Source: Promethearchaeota archaeon
GTDB lineage: Archaea > Asgardarchaeota > Lokiarchaeia > Sigyniarchaeales > SOKP01
Direction: 5' to 3'
Assembly: GCA_019058245.1 (NCBI GenBank)
Contig: JAHPZJ010000019.1
Span: forward strand, 34,371 to 98,370
Length of the DNA stretch: 64,000 bases
Shown: in pieces, positions 60,461-64,000 of the stretch
How positions within the stretch are numbered: the stretch's first letter is position 1
How the letters are laid out: each line of letters opens with the position of its first letter
Notes under the pieces: generated by a model
The model's database searches: none
What the model was told of the DNA's origin: nothing
Seen by the model: the letters and a program-made list of their open reading frames with translations, nothing else
Translations under genes and position numbers: made by a program

Positions 60461-61912
60461 ATGGAAATTTCAGACGAATTAAAAGCAATTGATGAATCCT
60501 TAGTTAAGCAGTTAAATCAGATAGCAAAAGAAAAAATTGAATATTGGGATATAAGAGCTGAAATAAATAAGGGAACAAGTATAGATTTTACTGATCAAAA
60601 AAGCAAAGCAATATCCTCTTTTGAAGTTATTGACTGTGGAATTCGAACTTTTAAAAATGGAGGTTGGGGATTTTCAGTTTTAAAGGATTTGAATAGAGAA
60701 TCTATTAAATTAGGATTTCAAAAAGCCATTAAATTAGCTTGCCTTTCAGAATCACTTAGCAAACTAAAATTTAAAATTAATCCAACTGATCCAATAATAG
60801 AGAAGTTTAAGAATAATCAAAAGAAGAAGTTGGAAGAGATCGATATAGAAGATAAAATCAATCTTGTTAAAGAACATGAAAAAATAGCTTCAGATTATTC
60901 TTCATATGTGAAAAATACTCATACAATTTATCTTGATGGGCATTCTCAATACTTATTTCTAAACTCTTTTGGGAGTAATGTTTTTCAGGATTTATCATTT
61001 CTACGTTTATTTTGTATGGTTTTTACACAAAAAAATGGTATAGTTGAGAATTCATTGAATTCTGTTGCTGGAATTGGTGGATATGAAATTGTTGAGACAG
61101 AAAAAGCTATAAATTTAAGTACAAAATCTGCTGAAGAGGCAGTGGCTTTATTAAATGCAAAATCTCCAATTGGCGGTAAATTTACCATTATTGCAGATTC
61201 TAAACTAACTGGAACTATAATTCATGAGGCTTTTGGACATGCATGTGAAGCCGATCACGTGTTAAATAATGAAAGTATATTAAAAGATATGATAGGTGAA
61301 ACTGTTGCATCAGAAGAAGTAAATATAATTGATGACCCAACTATGGGTCAAGGAAGTCAATTTAATTTACCATATGAGTTATTTGGTAGTTATTTTATAG
61401 ATGATGAGGGAATTCCTTCACAAAAAACTATAATTATTGAAAATGGAATTCTAAAAAATTATATTCATAGTTTAGAGACGTCGTCTAGAATGAATGTTTC
61501 TCCAAATGGTCATGGCAGAGCGTCTAGTAGTTCTGATAGACCACAAGTACGTATGGGATTTACTTTTTTAGAGCCAAAAGACTGGAATTTAGATGAAATA
61601 TTCGAAGATACAAAGAATGGAATTCTTTGTGAAGATTTTAAATATGGATATACTGATCCTACTACGGGAAATTTTCAATTTAAATGCAAATTTTCTTTTA
61701 GAATCCAGAATGGGGAAAAAAAGGAGATTATGAGGGATGTTTCTCTAAGTGGGATGATTCTCGAAGCATTAAATAAAATTTCCGCTATTGGAGATCAAAA
61801 ATCTTTTAATTACTCAGTTGGTATATGTGGAAAAGGCGGACAAGGTGTTAGAGTATGTGATGGAGCGCCTTATATACGACTCGAAGATGTAACAATCGGA
61901 GGGCAAGATTAA
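60461..61912 (+). CDS. tldD: TldD metalloprotease
   Basis: HEAFGHACEAD, DDEG, GHGR, CGKGGQ. Confidence 0.93.
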   Translation: MEISDELKAIDESLVKQLNQIAKEKIEYWDIRAEINKGTSIDFTDQKSKAISSFEVIDCGIRTFKNGGWGFSVLKDLNRESIKLGFQKAIKLACLSESLSKLKFKINPTDPIIEKFKNNQKKKLEEIDIEDKINLVKEHEKIASDYSSYVKNTHTIYLDGHSQYLFLNSFGSNVFQDLSFLRLFCMVFTQKNGIVENSLNSVAGIGGYEIVETEKAINLSTKSAEEAVALLNAKSPIGGKFTIIADSKLTGTIIHEAFGHACEADHVLNNESILKDMIGETVASEEVNIIDDPTMGQGSQFNLPYELFGSYFIDDEGIPSQKTIIIENGILKNYIHSLETSSRMNVSPNGHGRASSSSDRPQVRMGFTFLEPKDWNLDEIFEDTKNGILCEDFKYGYTDPTTGNFQFKCKFSFRIQNGEKKEIMRDVSLSGMILEALNKISAIGDQKSFNYSVGICGKGGQGVRVCDGAPYIRLEDVTIGGQD

Positions 61913-63286
61913 ATGGATAATTCTGACGTTTATACATTAGCTAAATTTTGTTTGAATCTAATTGAACATAAAAATTCAGAGATAAAATGTACAGATCTTT
62001 TCTTTGAGAAAAGTAAATATATTAATATTGAAATTGAAGAAAATTCAATTAAAAATAATGAAATCGGAGAAGATAATGGTGTTTCAATTAGAGTAATTAA
62101 TAAAAATGGCGCACTCGGGTTTGCTTATACAAATGTGCTAAATAGAAAGGCTATCGAAAAGATGTGTAATAATGCCATTAAAATGATGAAAGTTGGTACT
62201 CCTGATTCTGATTTTAGAGATTTACCAAGAGTATTTAATAATTATCCTGTTGTTAAGGATTTATTTGATAAAAATTTAAAATATTTGGAAATTGAAGAAT
62301 CTCTAAATTATGTTGATGCTTTAATTAAAATTTGTGCTGATGACGAAATGGCAATTTCCCAATCAGGGAATTTTGCTGCAGACTACTCAAAAACATATAT
62401 TTTTAATTCTAATGGATTAAATGCTCTAAAAAAAGATACCAGTTGTCTAATATCTTCGAACATTATTGTTAAGGATAAGTTAAGTAATGATACTTCTTCT
62501 GGATATGAAAGACAAGTTGAAAGAAGTCTTAAAAAGATTGATTCTACAAAAGTAGCAAATTTAGCTCTAGAAGATGCTAAGCGAAATCTTAATAGAAAAA
62601 AAATAAAAAGTATGAAAATACCACTACTCTTAACACCAAAAGGTACAATTAGTTTAATATTACGGCCAATCGCTGCTGCTGTGAATGCAGAAACTTTTCA
62701 ATATAAACGGGGATTCCTTGTAGGTAAAAGAGGCCAAATGATAGGTTCAAAATTTTTAAATATCGAAGATAATGGGCTCATTGATGGTGCTCCAGGATCT
62801 CAAATATTTGATGATGAGGGAGTGCCATGCAAGAACAAAAAAATCATAGAAATGGGAAAGTTTCTTAAATCAGGCTTATTATATAATAGTTATACAGCCG
62901 GGAAGGATGGAGTTGAAAGCTCGGGAAATGCTTCTAGAAGTTCATATTCTTCAATCCCTTCGATTGGAATAACTAATTTTATTATGAAATCAGGAAATAT
63001 ACCATATGAAGAAATAATAAAAGATATCAAGGAAGGTATTATGTTAGATTATACAGGAGATTCTGTAAATTTATCGACAGGTGATTTTAGTGGCTTAATA
63101 TTACGTGGAAATTTGATTAACAATGGAGAAATTAGTCATCCATTGAATGAAACAATGATTGGTATAAACGTAATGGATTTATTTAAAAAGATTGATGCCG
63201 TTTCAAAAGAACATAAGGTTTATGGAGCATTTCAAGCCCCCTATGTAAGAATAAGCTCTGCTAATATCATAGGGGGAGCAGATTAA
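61913..63286 (+). CDS. tldE: TldE/PmbA protein
   Basis: FDDEG, GNA.R, TGDFS; no HExxH; directly follows tldD. Confidence 0.9.
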   Translation: MDNSDVYTLAKFCLNLIEHKNSEIKCTDLFFEKSKYINIEIEENSIKNNEIGEDNGVSIRVINKNGALGFAYTNVLNRKAIEKMCNNAIKMMKVGTPDSDFRDLPRVFNNYPVVKDLFDKNLKYLEIEESLNYVDALIKICADDEMAISQSGNFAADYSKTYIFNSNGLNALKKDTSCLISSNIIVKDKLSNDTSSGYERQVERSLKKIDSTKVANLALEDAKRNLNRKKIKSMKIPLLLTPKGTISLILRPIAAAVNAETFQYKRGFLVGKRGQMIGSKFLNIEDNGLIDGAPGSQIFDDEGVPCKNKKIIEMGKFLKSGLLYNSYTAGKDGVESSGNASRSSYSSIPSIGITNFIMKSGNIPYEEIIKDIKEGIMLDYTGDSVNLSTGDFSGLILRGNLINNGEISHPLNETMIGINVMDLFKKIDAVSKEHKVYGAFQAPYVRISSANIIGGAD

Positions 63287-63792
63287 TTAATTATATTTAC
63301 CCATAGAAATAAATTATTATAAAATACTTCACTTTTATCTTTAATTTCCCATAATTCAATAATAATCCTTTGATTAGATCCTGCTTCTGAGAAAGAAATG
63401 TTATATTCCCCATAAAACCTTTCGACATTTGGTTCCAAAGTAAAATTTCCTATTGTAAGAAATAGAGATCCATTTGAGGGAAATGGGCCTACTAATGTAT
63501 TATTATTACCTTTCAGAATCTGGAATCTAAATGCAAATTCCCTATCTAAATAATTCCCAACAGATAAATAAAAAGTAATAGTTTCATTAATAGATGCTTC
63601 AGTAGTGAATTCTTCTGCTCTTTGATCTTCATTTAAAATACCAAATGTAACATATCCCGGTTCGGGTGTTAAAACATAATAGACAATAAATCCTGAGACA
63701 ATAATAATACCAAAGATAAGACTAATTTTAAGTAATTTCTCAAAAATTTTATTACTATCTGTGATATCTTTTTTTCCATTTTCTTTTTTCAT
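63283..63792 (-). CDS. DUF1616-like membrane-anchored Ig-like protein
   Basis: Single N-terminal TM; TFGILN, VGNYL, LFLWVNI. Confidence 0.6.
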   Translation of the reverse strand: MKKENGKKDITDSNKIFEKLLKISLIFGIIIVSGFIVYYVLTPEPGYVTFGILNEDQRAEEFTTEASINETITFYLSVGNYLDREFAFRFQILKGNNNTLVGPFPSNGSLFLTIGNFTLEPNVERFYGEYNISFSEAGSNQRIIIELWEIKDKSEVFYNNLFLWVNIIN

Positions 63793-63793
63793 T

Positions 63794-64000
63794 TCATTCA
63801 TTATCTTTAAACCAAGCAATAGTCTTTTTTAATCCTTCTTCTAGAGATGTTGATGGCTCCCAATTTAGAATTTCTTTTGCCTTTCTTAAATCAGCGCACC
63901 TGTATAAAGGATCATCAATAGGTAAAGGTTTAAAAACTATTTTTGAATTGGAATTAGTTAAATCTTTTATAACTTTCGCTAACTCTATGATAGTATATTC
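63794..64000 (-). CDS. C-terminal fragment of NAD-dependent epimerase/dehydratase (UDP-glucuronate decarboxylase-like); not in the ORF track
   Basis: Manual translation: EYTIIELAKVIK...FKPLPIDDPLYRCADLRKAKEILNWEPSTSLEEGLKKTIAWFKDNE*. Confidence 0.85.
   Translation of the reverse strand, partial: EYTIIELAKVIKDLTNSNSKIVFKPLPIDDPLYRCADLRKAKEILNWEPSTSLEEGLKKTIAWFKDNE

Noticed and set aside
714-61188. Numerous 60-140 aa ORFs antisense to or overlapping long genes (e.g. 8822..9022, 24260..24562, 45095..45427, 51871..52284)
   Set aside because: They are shadow frames of well-supported genes and carry no recognisable motifs.
60461-63286. TldD/TldE with the upstream 65-aa Cys-rich ORF as a RiPP system
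   Set aside because: The small ORF has a CxxC...CxxC zinc-ribbon pattern rather than a precursor-peptide pattern, no YcaO or other maturase is nearby, and TldDE pairs are common archaeal housekeeping genes.
1-64000. CRISPR arrays, rRNA, tRNA, IS elements, integrases
   Set aside because: No regularly spaced repeats, GC-rich structural RNA blocks, or transposase/recombinase motifs were seen.

Overview
An AT-rich archaeal chromosomal segment, most consistent with Asgard archaea (Lokiarchaeia/Promethearchaeota). The basis is archaeal-type aIF5A, SRP54, Cdc48/VAT, FEN1, NOB1, Dpo4 and TrmY-like genes, a Roadblock/LC7 protein, stand-alone 7TM proteins and a giant TPR protein. About 55 CDSs are present, mostly housekeeping and metabolic (purB, purM, pyrC, nadC, NAD kinase, TldD/TldE, sugar kinases, MFS transporters, acyl-CoA dehydrogenase). 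I found no rRNA, tRNA, CRISPR array, transposase or integrase. Most notable: (1) a 1831-aa SIR2-type NADase fused to two long TPR arrays with no ATPase module, a candidate stand-alone immune sensor-effector; (2) four genes, including aIF5A, whose conserved N-termini can only be reached from ATA/ATT/ATC codons lying 6-7 nt behind strong Shine-Dalgarno motifs; (3) a five-gene putative lipid/isoprenoid-modifying island (SnoaL + SDR + CrtI-like oxidoreductase + two acetoacetate-decarboxylase-fold paralogs) bracketed by a 24-bp imperfect direct repeat; (4) a DapA-aminoglycoside-kinase fusion in which both domains lack catalytic residues; (5) an orphan AbiEii-like nucleotidyltransferase; (6) tandem B12-binding radical SAM paralogs; (7) a readable ArsR operator (TATAAG-N6-CTTATA, four copies). 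All family calls come from motif recognition by eye; no database search was run.
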